NCBI GenBank assembly: GCA_046262715.1
Contig: JBHEMG010000129.1
Span: forward strand, 1 to 60,054
Reading direction: 5' to 3'
Length of the DNA: 60,054 nucleotides
From: Gemmatimonadales bacterium
Lineage (GTDB): Bacteria; Gemmatimonadota; Gemmatimonadetes; Gemmatimonadales; GWC2-71-9
Shown here piece after piece: positions 20,990 through 30,307 of this stretch. The stretch's first letter is position 1, and every line of letters begins with the position of its first letter. A model generated the notes under the pieces. It saw only the letters and a program-made list of their open reading frames with translations. It was not told the DNA's origin and searched no databases. The translations under genes were made by a program, and so were the position numbers.

Positions 20990-22546
20990 TCAGAAGGAAA
21001 AGCCTTTGCGTAGCGTAATCGCCCACCGTTTTCCCTTCACTCCCTGCCCAAACCGGTATCCAAACGCGAGCTCACCCGCTTCGCCGCGCACCGCGCGGGT
21101 GGGGCCGAAGCGCAGCGACATACCGGCGTCGCCTCCCTGCCGTGCGGCCTCGTCACCATACCATGCCCCGCCGTAGTCGATAAACGGAGCGACACCGAGC
21201 GCCATGAGGCCGAGGATATCGTTGGCGAGGACCACGCGGTCTTCCAGCACCAGCCACGTGGTCCGCGTTCCCGTAAAGTCGTGCACGCCGAACAGGCGCG
21301 GGCCGCGCTGCTCCAACCAGGGATCGAACTCCGCTCCCGGCTTGGGATTGGTCAACAGGCCCAGTTCTCCGTGCGCGATGAACGTGTGTCGCGGCACATT
21401 CTGGCTCACCACGGTGAGCTGCGCCCTAGTGCGGGTCGAGTCGAGCCCCGTCGCCTGAAGCCGCAGCACGGCGAAGCCGCGCTTCCAGACCGCGGACGTC
21501 TGCCCGCTGATCTCGTAGCCCAGGCCGGCTTGAAACACGGCGCCGAGCCGCAGCGTGGGCGACAAGTCCACATCCTCGCTGCGCGCGAACGAGTTGAAAT
21601 GCTCGAGCACGCGGAACCGGACTTGGCCGAATTCCATACCGGCCCGCACCGTGGTGAAGACGGAGTATCCGAGCGCCGCAGTATCGTTCGGCGCGAAGTC
21701 CTCACGGCGCCACTCCCATCCGGCCCAGACACGAGTGTACTCGTGGCTGGTGGCGTATGGCGCGATCCCGCCCACCATTCCCACCCGAAAGAGATGATGC
21801 CGGGTACTGTCCAGCAGCGCGTCGTCGCGGAAGCGCAGCACGCGTTGACGCGCGAATTCGCCGTACGTCTCGATCGAATGCTTTGCCGCGGTCTCGTGAA
21901 ACGGCAGGCCAAAACGCCATTCGCCATGGTGGCCGTCGGAAAGATCGCTGTAGCGCGCATTGAGGAGCGCGCGGCGGCTGAAGAAATGCGGATTGAGAAA
22001 TTCCATGTCGAGACGGCTGCGGTCGGGATTCCGCCCGTACACCATGGCGATTTCCGTCGCGGTACCGAGAAAATTCCGCTCGATGAGTCCCACATCCCAC
22101 GTTTGATCGCCGCCGACGCTGGTAAAACTCGCCTGGGGCTGCGTGCTCCACCCGTCGGAGGTCACGGCACGCAGGGCAAGCTTGTCCCCCCACCGGACGG
22201 TGTCGACGCGCACCGCGCGAAATACGCCCAGTGTACGCAGTAACCGCTCGCTCTCCGCCACGCGCAGCGGGTCGAACGGGTCGCCGCGATTGAGCAGCAG
22301 CCGTCGCCGGATGACCCATTGGCGCGTCCGGATGTGCAAGCCGTTCGCCACATGCGCGACCCAGTCGGGCGCCGCGTCTTCCTTCTCGAAGACGTTGCCG
22401 TTCACGATGACGATCGTGTCGATGGTCGGTCGACGCGGCCGGGCGCTCGGACCGTCGGTCTGCGCGGTGAGGCGATGCGGCGGTTGCGCTGCCAGCAGCA
22501 CAACCACCCCAACCGCCCAGCCGCTCACCCGCCCCACCGGTCTCAC
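20990..22546 (-). CDS. BamA/TamA-like POTRA outer-membrane protein
   Basis: Signal peptide, ESERLLR POTRA segment, ERNFLG, beta-barrel ending in GFSF. Confidence 0.75.
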   Translation of the reverse strand: MRPVGRVSGWAVGVVVLLAAQPPHRLTAQTDGPSARPRRPTIDTIVIVNGNVFEKEDAAPDWVAHVANGLHIRTRQWVIRRRLLLNRGDPFDPLRVAESERLLRTLGVFRAVRVDTVRWGDKLALRAVTSDGWSTQPQASFTSVGGDQTWDVGLIERNFLGTATEIAMVYGRNPDRSRLDMEFLNPHFFSRRALLNARYSDLSDGHHGEWRFGLPFHETAAKHSIETYGEFARQRVLRFRDDALLDSTRHHLFRVGMVGGIAPYATSHEYTRVWAGWEWRREDFAPNDTAALGYSVFTTVRAGMEFGQVRFRVLEHFNSFARSEDVDLSPTLRLGAVFQAGLGYEISGQTSAVWKRGFAVLRLQATGLDSTRTRAQLTVVSQNVPRHTFIAHGELGLLTNPKPGAEFDPWLEQRGPRLFGVHDFTGTRTTWLVLEDRVVLANDILGLMALGVAPFIDYGGAWYGDEAARQGGDAGMSLRFGPTRAVRGEAGELAFGYRFGQGVKGKRWAITLRKGFSF

Positions 22547-23118
22547 GGCCTCACCCCGTGAATTCGCTGTTGCAGCCGGTACGTCGCGTGTGTGCGCGGA
22601 TCGTCCCACGCCGTGAAGTACAACGTGGCCTCGATGCGGCCGGCGATCTGCCGCGATCCACGCGTCTGCATCGCGTAGGTGCCGCGCACCGAGTCGGGCC
22701 GCAGCGGCCGGCACAAACAGGTGACCGTGCCCCAGGCCGGGATGGAGTCGCCCAGGGAGTAGCGGTGGTCGGCGCTGAGGCGGCGCGCATCGCCCAGGTC
22801 GAGCGCGATGGTCAGCGCGTATTCATCGCCATCCGCATCGCTGGGGTTGAAATCGAACCGCGCCAGCAGCGCGTCGTGGCGTTCGGCGACGTTCGTCGTG
22901 TCCACGCGCAAGTATACCGCCGTGTAGCGCGGGTCGGTCCGCACGACGATCCGGCCACGTTGATCCCATTCGCCTGCCTCTTGAACGCCCTGCGTGTCGC
23001 CGGGATGCGGAAGAATCTCGCAGCCTTCCAGCGCGATGCCTCCCGCCAGCATCAACACACACTTAAGCACCGCTCGAGCTCGCGCAGCAGCATCGAGGAC
23101 TTCGCGTCTGGTTGTCAT
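22543..23118 (-). CDS. Hypothetical protein, probable lipoprotein
   Basis: LEGC lipobox-like motif; GTGA overlap with the downstream gene; start uncertain. Confidence 0.6.
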   Translation of the reverse strand: MTTRREVLDAAARARAVLKCVLMLAGGIALEGCEILPHPGDTQGVQEAGEWDQRGRIVVRTDPRYTAVYLRVDTTNVAERHDALLARFDFNPSDADGDEYALTIALDLGDARRLSADHRYSLGDSIPAWGTVTCLCRPLRPDSVRGTYAMQTRGSRQIAGRIEATLYFTAWDDPRTHATYRLQQRIHGVRP

Positions 23119-23119
23119 G

Positions 23120-23151
23120 GGCGGTTAGGCGGTTAGACGGTTAGGCGGTTA
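23120..23151. repeat. Tandem octamer (GGCGGTTA)x4
   Basis: ggcggtta ggcggtta gacggtta ggcggtta. Confidence 0.9.
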
Positions 23152-23178
23152 GAAGCCAAGGTGCTCCCGCATGGGGGA

Positions 23179-23424
23179 TCATAGCGCCTCCACAAAGTGC
23201 ACCAATTCCACGGCGGAAAACTCGCCGAACCGGTCTTGCATGTCCTTTTCCTGCCATTCGAGGAAGATCCACCCGGTCACTTTATGCAGGTGTCCACTTA
23301 CGAAATGAATACGGCCACGAACCGCGCCGAGCGCAGTGTCGGGCTGGCCTTCGAGGTAGACGTCCCAGCGCATTTCCCCGCGCTTCAGCTCCCCCATGTG
23401 CTTGCCGTATTCGGTGCCCGCCAT
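23179..23424 (-). CDS. Hypothetical protein
   Basis: 81-aa ORF with protein-like composition filling the gap. Confidence 0.65.
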   Translation of the reverse strand: MAGTEYGKHMGELKRGEMRWDVYLEGQPDTALGAVRGRIHFVSGHLHKVTGWIFLEWQEKDMQDRFGEFSAVELVHFVEAL

Positions 23425-23482
23425 GCGCCCTACACTACCGGCTTTCGTCACAGCCGCTAGGCCGGGTTACATTCTCTTCCCT

Positions 23483-24169
23483 ATGACGTGTCACGCCTGC
23501 GGCACACAATTGTCGTCCACGGCGCGCTTCTGTCACAAATGCGGCGCGGCCATCACATCGACGGGCCACCCCGCCGGCTGGCGCGCTGGTCTGCCGTGGG
23601 CACTCGCGGGCGCCGCGTTCGGCGCCCTCATCACGATCGTCGCGATGCGCGGAACCCGCGCTTCCTCGGCAGCACCCGTGACCGGTGAACCAGCGGCGGC
23701 GAGCCCGATGCTGCGCGCTCCCGACATCAGCCAGCTGTCGCCCGAAGAACGCGCCAACCGTTTGTTCAACCGCGTCATGATTCTGGCGGAAGCAGGCAAG
23801 GCCGACAGCGTCAACTTCTTCTTGCCGATGGCGCTGGGCGCCTATAGCCAGCTCCCGGCGCTGGATGCCGACGCCCACTACCACATCGGACTGCTCCAGC
23901 TCGCGGGCGGCGACGTGCCTCAGGCACTAGCGCAGGCGGACGCGATTTCCAAGGCCGTGCCAACCCATCTCTTCATCTATATCCTGCGCGCCCATGCCTA
24001 CCAGCAGCAAGGCAACACCGCCCAGGAGCGCCGGGCATATGCCGATTTCCTGCGCAACGAGCCGGCGGAGATGGCGAAGAACCGGCCCGAATACGCCGAT
24101 CATTCCGATGCGCTGACCAACTTCAAGACCGAAGCGTCGCGCGTTACAGGGGCGCGCTCCGGCACATGA
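23483..24169 (+). CDS. Zinc-ribbon, TM and helical-repeat protein
   Basis: CHACG...FCHKCG, one TM segment, TPR-like C-terminus. Confidence 0.75.
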   Translation: MTCHACGTQLSSTARFCHKCGAAITSTGHPAGWRAGLPWALAGAAFGALITIVAMRGTRASSAAPVTGEPAAASPMLRAPDISQLSPEERANRLFNRVMILAEAGKADSVNFFLPMALGAYSQLPALDADAHYHIGLLQLAGGDVPQALAQADAISKAVPTHLFIYILRAHAYQQQGNTAQERRAYADFLRNEPAEMAKNRPEYADHSDALTNFKTEASRVTGARSGT

Positions 24170-25047
24170 CGGCCCCCCCAGCATCCAGAGTCCCCGCCCC
24201 CGGTCTGATTCACGTGGCGCACAGTCCCGATGCCGATGACGCGTTCATGTTCTGGGCGATGGCGGAAGGAAAAATCGACACTGGTGGCCGGCGTTACGTG
24301 CACGAGCTCGGCGATATCGAGAGCCTCAATCGGCGCGCCCTCGCGGGCGAGCTCGAAGTCACCGCCGTATCGCTGCACGCGTACGCGTATCTCGCTGACC
24401 GGTACGCGCTGCTCGCGCATGGCGCCAGCATTGGCGACCGCTACGGTCCGCGCATCGTGAGCCGGGAGGTGGCGCCCGCTGATCCACGCGCAGCGCTCGC
24501 CGGCCGTCTCGTCGCTGTTCCCGGAGAGCTGACCACGGCGTTTCTGACATTGCGATTGTACCAGCCCGGCGCTCGCCACGTCGTCGTACCGTTCGACCAG
24601 ATCGAGGATTTCGTACTGGAGGAGAAGGCCGATGCGGGCCTGTTGATTCACGAAGGCCAGCTCACCTTCGCAGATCGCGGTTTGCACCTCTGGACGGACA
24701 TGGGGGAATGGTGGTACCAGGAGACGCGCCTGCCACTACCCCTGGGTGGCAACGTCGTGCGACGCGACCTGGGGAACCACCTGATGCGCGCGATCGCCCG
24801 CGACCTGAAAGCGAGCATCGAATATGGCTTGGCCCACCGCGCGGAGGCGTTGCAACATGCCCAAGGCTTCAGCCGTGGGCTGGACGTTGCGCGTACGGAC
24901 CGGTTCGTGGGGATGTACGTGAATGCCTACACGGTCGACTATGGGGAGCGCGGCAGGCGCGCCGTAGCTGAATTGCTCGCGCGCGCGCACGCCGCACGCC
25001 TCATCCCCGCGCCGGTAGACCTAGCGTTCGTCGCAGCGGATTCCTAG
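24166..25047 (+). CDS. mqnD: 1,4-dihydroxy-6-naphthoate synthase (futalosine pathway)
   Basis: AHSPDADDAFMF, LLIHEGQLTF, LPLPLGGN, MYVN. Confidence 0.88.
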   Translation: MTAPPASRVPAPGLIHVAHSPDADDAFMFWAMAEGKIDTGGRRYVHELGDIESLNRRALAGELEVTAVSLHAYAYLADRYALLAHGASIGDRYGPRIVSREVAPADPRAALAGRLVAVPGELTTAFLTLRLYQPGARHVVVPFDQIEDFVLEEKADAGLLIHEGQLTFADRGLHLWTDMGEWWYQETRLPLPLGGNVVRRDLGNHLMRAIARDLKASIEYGLAHRAEALQHAQGFSRGLDVARTDRFVGMYVNAYTVDYGERGRRAVAELLARAHAARLIPAPVDLAFVAADS

Positions 25048-25077
25048 TTTGGCCTTGGCTTTACAAGGAGTATCGGG

Positions 25078-26151
25078 TTGACTGCTCACCCCGGCATCGT
25101 CACGGTCCTGGTGGTCGATGACGAAGAGCCGATCCGGAACGCGCTGCGGAAATATTTGAAGCAGCAGCAGTTCGAGGTATATGCCGCGGCCTCCGCGGAT
25201 GAGGCCCTGCAGCAGCTGCGCCTGCACAAAATCGCGCTGATGCTCTCCGACATCCGCATGCCTGGTACCAGCGGCGTCGATCTTGTCCCGCAGGCACTCG
25301 AGATCGAGCCCGATCTCGCCATCCTGATGCTCACCGCCGTCAACGATGCTACCAGCGCCGCTCTTTGCATGCAGCGCGGCGCGATGGACTATCTCACCAA
25401 GCCGATCGAGCTCGCTGACCTGGGCCGCGCCGTGCAACGCGCGCTCAAGCGGCGGGAGATGCTGCTCGAAAACCGGCACTTGAATCAGTGGCTCAAAGAA
25501 GAGGTGACGACCCGAACCGCCGAGCTGCAGCGGGAGCGGCACCGGTTGGAGCGCGTCTCGACGGCGACGCTCGAGGTGCTCGTTAACGCGCTCGAGGCGA
25601 AGGATCCGTATCTGCGCGGCCATTCAGCGCGTGTCGCTGACCTCTCGGCGAACATTGCGGCCGAGATCGGACTCGGGGAAGAAGAGGTCGACCGCATCCG
25701 CATGGCAGGACGGCTCCACGACCTCGGGAAGATAGGCACGCGCGAGGCGGTCGTTAATAAGGAAGGGCCGCTCACCGCCGACGAATTCGAGCATGTGAAG
25801 CAGCACGTGATCATCGGCGCCCAGATCCTCGCGCCGCTCGTGCACCTCGGCGACGTCGTTTCGATGGTGAAGAGCCATCACGAGCGCTATGACGGCACCG
25901 GCTATCCTGACGGGTTGCGCGGTGAAGAGGTCCCGCTCGGCGGAAGAGTGATCGCGGCGGCGGAAGTGTACGATGCGCTGACGACGTCGCGCCCGTACCA
26001 GGAGAAAATGACACCCGAGCTTGCGGTCGAGCGCATGGCGGATCTGTCCGGCACGGTGCTGGATCCCAAAGTGTTCGAAGCCTTGGTCCGACTGGTCGGC
26101 CGCCGCCAGACTCTCGTTTTTCTCGACGAAGACGCCGGTCCTTCCCTCTAA
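25078..26151 (+). CDS. REC + HD-GYP phosphodiesterase
   Basis: REC domain, GHSARVA, LHDLGKIG, HHERYDGTGYPDGL. Confidence 0.93.
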   Translation: MTAHPGIVTVLVVDDEEPIRNALRKYLKQQQFEVYAAASADEALQQLRLHKIALMLSDIRMPGTSGVDLVPQALEIEPDLAILMLTAVNDATSAALCMQRGAMDYLTKPIELADLGRAVQRALKRREMLLENRHLNQWLKEEVTTRTAELQRERHRLERVSTATLEVLVNALEAKDPYLRGHSARVADLSANIAAEIGLGEEEVDRIRMAGRLHDLGKIGTREAVVNKEGPLTADEFEHVKQHVIIGAQILAPLVHLGDVVSMVKSHHERYDGTGYPDGLRGEEVPLGGRVIAAAEVYDALTTSRPYQEKMTPELAVERMADLSGTVLDPKVFEALVRLVGRRQTLVFLDEDAGPSL

Positions 26152-26158
26152 AAGACCG

Positions 26159-26187
26159 AACCCCGGGGCCAAAAGCTCCCCGGGGTT
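26159..26187. terminator. Hairpin between convergent genes
   Basis: aaccccgggg...ccccggggtt inverted repeat; a second hairpin lies at about 26191-26228. Confidence 0.5.
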
Positions 26188-26298
26188 GGCGGTCGGGCGA
26201 AGTGGCCGTCACACTTCGGCCGCGACCTTTCGCGTTACGACCAGCAGTACTTCCAAGTTTCATACGATTAGATGCATCGGCCCGCTGAACGGTTGCAT

Positions 26299-26727
26299 CT
26301 ACCAATGCTTCACGCGGCCGACCCGCGACATCGTGATCGTTTCGGTTTGCGACCCTCGCTGCAGCACGACCGTGGTGTTCGCCGCGCCCCACCCGATCCC
26401 CGTAGGTCCGAAGATCACGACCGGATTGGAAACCTCGAGCTGCACGCCATAGCTCGCGGGGCCGGGCGTGCGCCACCACGGCACCCACCCCTGCGATAGG
26501 AAGCGATCGATGCGAAGCGTGTCGGTGCTGATCGTGAGGCGAGCCCGCGTTGCTTGCATGACCGCCCCATGGCGCGCCACCGCGAGCGCGGTGGTGACGT
26601 CGCGGACGGCGCGTTCCGTGGAGATCCAATCGACCAGCCGAGCCGCGCGCGGTATCCAGAACGTGGCCAGCACCGCGGCGATGCAGACGACGACGAGCAG
26701 CTCGAGGAGGCTAAAACCCTTGGTCAC
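26299..26727 (-). CDS. FimT/GspH-like pilin or pseudopilin
   Basis: Prepilin N-methylation motif KGFSLLELLVVV. Confidence 0.85.
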   Translation of the reverse strand: MTKGFSLLELLVVVCIAAVLATFWIPRAARLVDWISTERAVRDVTTALAVARHGAVMQATRARLTISTDTLRIDRFLSQGWVPWWRTPGPASYGVQLEVSNPVVIFGPTGIGWGAANTTVVLQRGSQTETITMSRVGRVKHW

Positions 26728-26891
26728 GCGCTCTTTATACCGGGCGGGATGCACTGTCGCGGCACCCGAAAAACGCGGCGAAAAGCCAGAAAAGGCGCCA
26801 TTTGCGGGCTAACGCGTCCCGACCGCAAGCGCTATGTTGGTGTCCGTGATAGTCTTGCCGTCCGGCATGTCTGGTGCGAATGCAGGCTACG

Positions 26892-28154
26892 ATGACTCAT
26901 AAGGCACTAACGCAGTCCGCCGGTTTGCCCCATGCTGTGTTCCTCCAGCGGGTAGCCGATGAGCCAGCCACCTCCCCCGAGGTGCGCCTGGGTCAGGGGG
27001 CATTCCTGGCGCTTCGATTCGTCGATTTGTTGTCCCCGGAGCGGGAACCACCGACTCCCGACGTGTTCCGCTACCAGTGGGCCGCGACGGAGCGCTACTG
27101 CGCCGAGCTCGCTGGAGAAGGCACCGAGGCATCGCATTTGAGCTGCATCGTCCGTGCGGCCGGTGATGCACACAGCGCAGACGACATCAGCCAGCTCGCC
27201 CCGGCGCTCTTCGCCTACGCGCTCTTTCTCGAGCAGGAGTCGCATCTCGAGGAGGCCGAGGACGTCCTGCACACGATGATCAGTGTCGGGCAAGAAAGGC
27301 TCAAGGTCACCGACCGGATTTCGGCGTGGCTACGCCTGGGCCGGGTCCGGCGCATGCAGACGGATTTCGATCGCGCCCTCGGCGCGTACGAGGAAGCAGG
27401 TCGACTCGGGGCGGCGAACGGGGATCGGCAAACGGTGTTGTTGAGCCGCGTCGGTTATTGCAACGTCGTGCACTATCGCGGCAACCTGGCTGAAGGCGAA
27501 GCGGCGTGGCGCGCGTTGTTGAGCGACGCCGCCAAAGAAGGATTCAGGACAATTCAGGCGCAGGCCGAGCACGGGTTAGGCAACATCATGGAGCGCCGCG
27601 GCCGGCCTGAAGAAGGTGTTCCTCATCTGTGGCGCGCCTACGAGCTCTACGAAGAAGAGTCAAATCGCATGCGCGCGCTCGTCGATGTCGGTCTCGCGCT
27701 GCTCGCGATTGGCCAAGTGGCGGCGGCGGAACAGGCGCTCAACGAGGTCGTCCGGCGTGAAACGGTCGCTGACAACCTGGCCAACGCGAAGATCGAATTG
27801 ATGAATTGCGCCTCGTTCCGCCGCGACCGCGTGACGTTCGAGCGGTGGCGCGAGCGTGCCCTCGATCACGGTGCCGCAACGGCGGCTAACATCCGCACCG
27901 ACTTCCACCTTAAGGCGGGTGTGGGTTTCGCGCGCTTCGAGAACAACGGGCGCGCCGAGCAGGAGCTGCGGCGCGCGCTCGAGATCGCCACGACGCACGA
28001 CCTGCATGAATTCGTTTTTCGGATTGAGCGACTGATCCAAGGGCTCCGGGACTGCGTGACTCCCGATGAGTTGGAAGGCACGGTGCCGGAGCCCACAGAC
28101 GCAACCGAAGCGCTGAGAGAGATATCTGCCTCTCTTGCAGCGCTAGGCGGATAG
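26892..28154 (+). CDS. Cytoplasmic TPR protein
   Basis: Helical repeats (AWLRLGRVRR, AEHGLGNI, ALVDVGLAL, FHLKAGVG); no signal peptide; start 26874 or 26892. Confidence 0.8.
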   Translation: MTHKALTQSAGLPHAVFLQRVADEPATSPEVRLGQGAFLALRFVDLLSPEREPPTPDVFRYQWAATERYCAELAGEGTEASHLSCIVRAAGDAHSADDISQLAPALFAYALFLEQESHLEEAEDVLHTMISVGQERLKVTDRISAWLRLGRVRRMQTDFDRALGAYEEAGRLGAANGDRQTVLLSRVGYCNVVHYRGNLAEGEAAWRALLSDAAKEGFRTIQAQAEHGLGNIMERRGRPEEGVPHLWRAYELYEEESNRMRALVDVGLALLAIGQVAAAEQALNEVVRRETVADNLANAKIELMNCASFRRDRVTFERWRERALDHGAATAANIRTDFHLKAGVGFARFENNGRAEQELRRALEIATTHDLHEFVFRIERLIQGLRDCVTPDELEGTVPEPTDATEALREISASLAALGG

Positions 28155-28156
28155 CT

Positions 28157-28291
28157 TCAGCGACAGGTAACCGGGTTGCTCTGATCGCACGTCGTCTCGC
28201 TGCTCGGACCTGACGCGTCGGCACATGCCGAGGCGGCGAGCGCGAATGATACGAGCAGCAACGACAGGACCGAGCGAATGCGACGCGACAT
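28157..28291 (-). CDS. 44-aa secreted or lipoprotein-like peptide MSRRIRSVLSLLLVSFALAASACADASGPSSETTCDQSNPVTCR
   Basis: Translated by hand; GGAGG 4 nt before ATG; basic n-region, hydrophobic h-region, ASAC lipobox-like motif, Cys-x7-Cys tail. Confidence 0.85.
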   Translation of the reverse strand: MSRRIRSVLSLLLVSFALAASACADASGPSSETTCDQSNPVTCR

Positions 28292-28363
28292 AGGGCCTCC
28301 ACGATCGAGTTGACTGGTGAGTGGCAACTACTAGCCAACTTGCGTGATGCTCTCGTCTTGGTT

Positions 28364-28402
28364 TAGGGCATTTTTGCGGCATTGTAGGGCGATTTTGCGG
28401 CA
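28364..28402. promoter_or_regulatory. Direct repeat with 21-bp period, putative AraC-family operator
   Basis: TAGGGCATTTTTGCGGCA (28364-28381) and TAGGGCGATTTTGCGGCA (28385-28402). Confidence 0.7.
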
Positions 28403-28434
28403 CCCCGGTACTCTTTGGGAGGATTTGTAGGGGA

Positions 28435-29232
28435 ATGCTGGTACTGGCAGCGGTATCGGACGGGCAATACCAGAAACTGCGGGCCGCAGTTCAGCTCCGC
28501 TTCGTCCTCGCGCGCGCCGATACGTGGGACGAAGCGCTCGAAACGATTCGCGGCCGGCCGGTCGAAATCGCCGTCGTCGATCCAGCACTGGGCGGCGCGG
28601 CCAGCGGGCAGGAGATCGAGCGTCTGCACGTGCTATTCCCTTCCCTTCGGCTGATCCTCTACACCGCGATGACGGCCCAGCTGCCCGCCGTCCTGTTGAC
28701 ACTGGGACCGTGCGGTATCCGCCAGGTCGTTCTGCGCGGCATCGACGATCACCCCGAGCGCCTCGGGGAGCTGGTGAGCTCGGAAGCGATGCAGGCGGCT
28801 TCCCATCGGATGCTCGATCAGCTCATGGCGGCGCTCGCGCCGCTGCCGCCCGAGCTGCGCTGGGTGCTCGAAGACGCACTGCGCACGCCCGGCGCCGTAC
28901 AGACGATTCAGCAGGTTGCGGCGCGCGCGCGCGTCGATCGCGGCACGTGTGCTCGCTGGTTCGCGCGGGCGGGACTGCCAAGCCCGCGGCACATCCTCGC
29001 GGCGGCGCGCGTGCTGTACGCCCATCGCCTGCTGCAGGACACCGAATTTACCATCGAGGACGTCGACAAGCGGCTCGGGTACGCGCAGGCCAAGACGCTG
29101 CAACAGCACGCCCGCGCCTACCTCGGCCTCACGGCGGGCGAGATGCGACTGTCGCTCACCAGCGACGAGGCTACGGTGCGCATCGTCAAGGGCTTCCTTA
29201 CTCCGCGACAGGGGACAGGAGTCGCCAGATGA
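28435..29232 (+). CDS. AraC-family regulator with REC-like N-terminus
   Basis: IAVVDP/LILYT REC-like strands; double HTH (IQQVAARA, TIEDV..RLGY); GGAGG upstream. Confidence 0.85.
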   Translation: MLVLAAVSDGQYQKLRAAVQLRFVLARADTWDEALETIRGRPVEIAVVDPALGGAASGQEIERLHVLFPSLRLILYTAMTAQLPAVLLTLGPCGIRQVVLRGIDDHPERLGELVSSEAMQAASHRMLDQLMAALAPLPPELRWVLEDALRTPGAVQTIQQVAARARVDRGTCARWFARAGLPSPRHILAAARVLYAHRLLQDTEFTIEDVDKRLGYAQAKTLQQHARAYLGLTAGEMRLSLTSDEATVRIVKGFLTPRQGTGVAR

Positions 29233-29645
29233 TGACGGCACCGCCGCGTCCACCTGCCACGGTGCTGATCGTCGATGACGAGGCGGGACTGCGCCGCGTG
29301 CTGGAGCGCTTTCTCGAGCGCCATGGCTACCGCGTGCTGAGCGTGGGATCCGCCGAGGCGGCCTACGAGACATTGGGAAGCGAGGAGCCCGCCGCGCTGC
29401 TGCTCGACATTCATTTGCCGCAGATGTCCGGACTCGCGCTCTATCTCGCGATTATCCACCGCTGGCCCGCGCTGGACGGACGCATCGCGATCATGACCGG
29501 GGACGCGGAAGCCGAGGAAGTGCGGACCTGGCTCGAGCATCATCACTGCACGGTGCTGCGCAAACCCTTCAACCTGCAGCAGGTCGCGGATTGGGTCGCG
29601 TCGGTGCTGCATCGTGACCGCTCGTCCGGCGCGATGGACGCATGA
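29229..29645 (+). CDS. Single-domain response regulator
   Basis: LIVDDE, LLDIHLPQMSG, RKPF. Confidence 0.9.
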   Translation: MMTAPPRPPATVLIVDDEAGLRRVLERFLERHGYRVLSVGSAEAAYETLGSEEPAALLLDIHLPQMSGLALYLAIIHRWPALDGRIAIMTGDAEAEEVRTWLEHHHCTVLRKPFNLQQVADWVASVLHRDRSSGAMDA

Positions 29646-30277
29646 CCACCGTCGCGCACGCTGATCCGCTCCACGTCCTGCGGGAATACCGCAACCTCGC
29701 GCCCTGGAACCTGCGGGACCTGTCAGTCGTGGTGGGTGCCGTGCTGGACGCCTCGGCGGTCACGCCGATCAATGCGGCCGCGCGCGCGGCACCCAGCGAG
29801 CGCACGATTCGGTTTTACGTGACCCGCGGGCTGGTCAGCCCGCCGGAAGGCCGCGGCACCGCGGCCACCTACTCCTACCGTCATTTCCTCCAGCTGCTCG
29901 CCATCAAGCTGAAGCAAATGGAAGGCGCCACGCTCGCTTCGATCACCAAAGACATGCACGATCAGACTGGCGACGTGCTGGAGCGGCGCTGCGCGCAGGT
30001 GTTGGGTCCCTCGCTGCCGACGCCCGATCGGCTGCCGCTGAAAGGCGCCGAAGGAATGCCCCGAGGCCGTTCGGGACGCGCGCTCGCCGCGTGGCTTACG
30101 CGTGATGCGGAAAAGGAAACGACCGGTCCGACCACGTGGCGGCGCATCCCCGTGACGCGCGGCGTCGAGCTGCACGTCGATGCCGACCACCCGCTGGCGC
30201 GGCTCGGCTCCGACGGCGGCGCGTTGGCGGAGACGATTCGACTGGCGATCACGAAACTCCTGCCGCACGGCACGTAA
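29642..30277 (+). CDS. MerR-like HTH protein
   Basis: SERTIRFYVTRGLVSPP.GRG..A.Y. Confidence 0.8.
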   Translation: MTTVAHADPLHVLREYRNLAPWNLRDLSVVVGAVLDASAVTPINAAARAAPSERTIRFYVTRGLVSPPEGRGTAATYSYRHFLQLLAIKLKQMEGATLASITKDMHDQTGDVLERRCAQVLGPSLPTPDRLPLKGAEGMPRGRSGRALAAWLTRDAEKETTGPTTWRRIPVTRGVELHVDADHPLARLGSDGGALAETIRLAITKLLPHGT

Positions 30278-30307
30278 TACCAGTACCGTCTTTTACCGGG
30301 AGTTCGC

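Noticed and set aside
23120-23151. CRISPR array
   Set aside because: 8-bp tandem units without spacers; no cas genes in the window
26757-26810. Second AraC-type operator upstream of the TPR gene
   Set aside because: A-tract motifs only loosely resemble the 28364-28402 repeat and lack the 21-bp period
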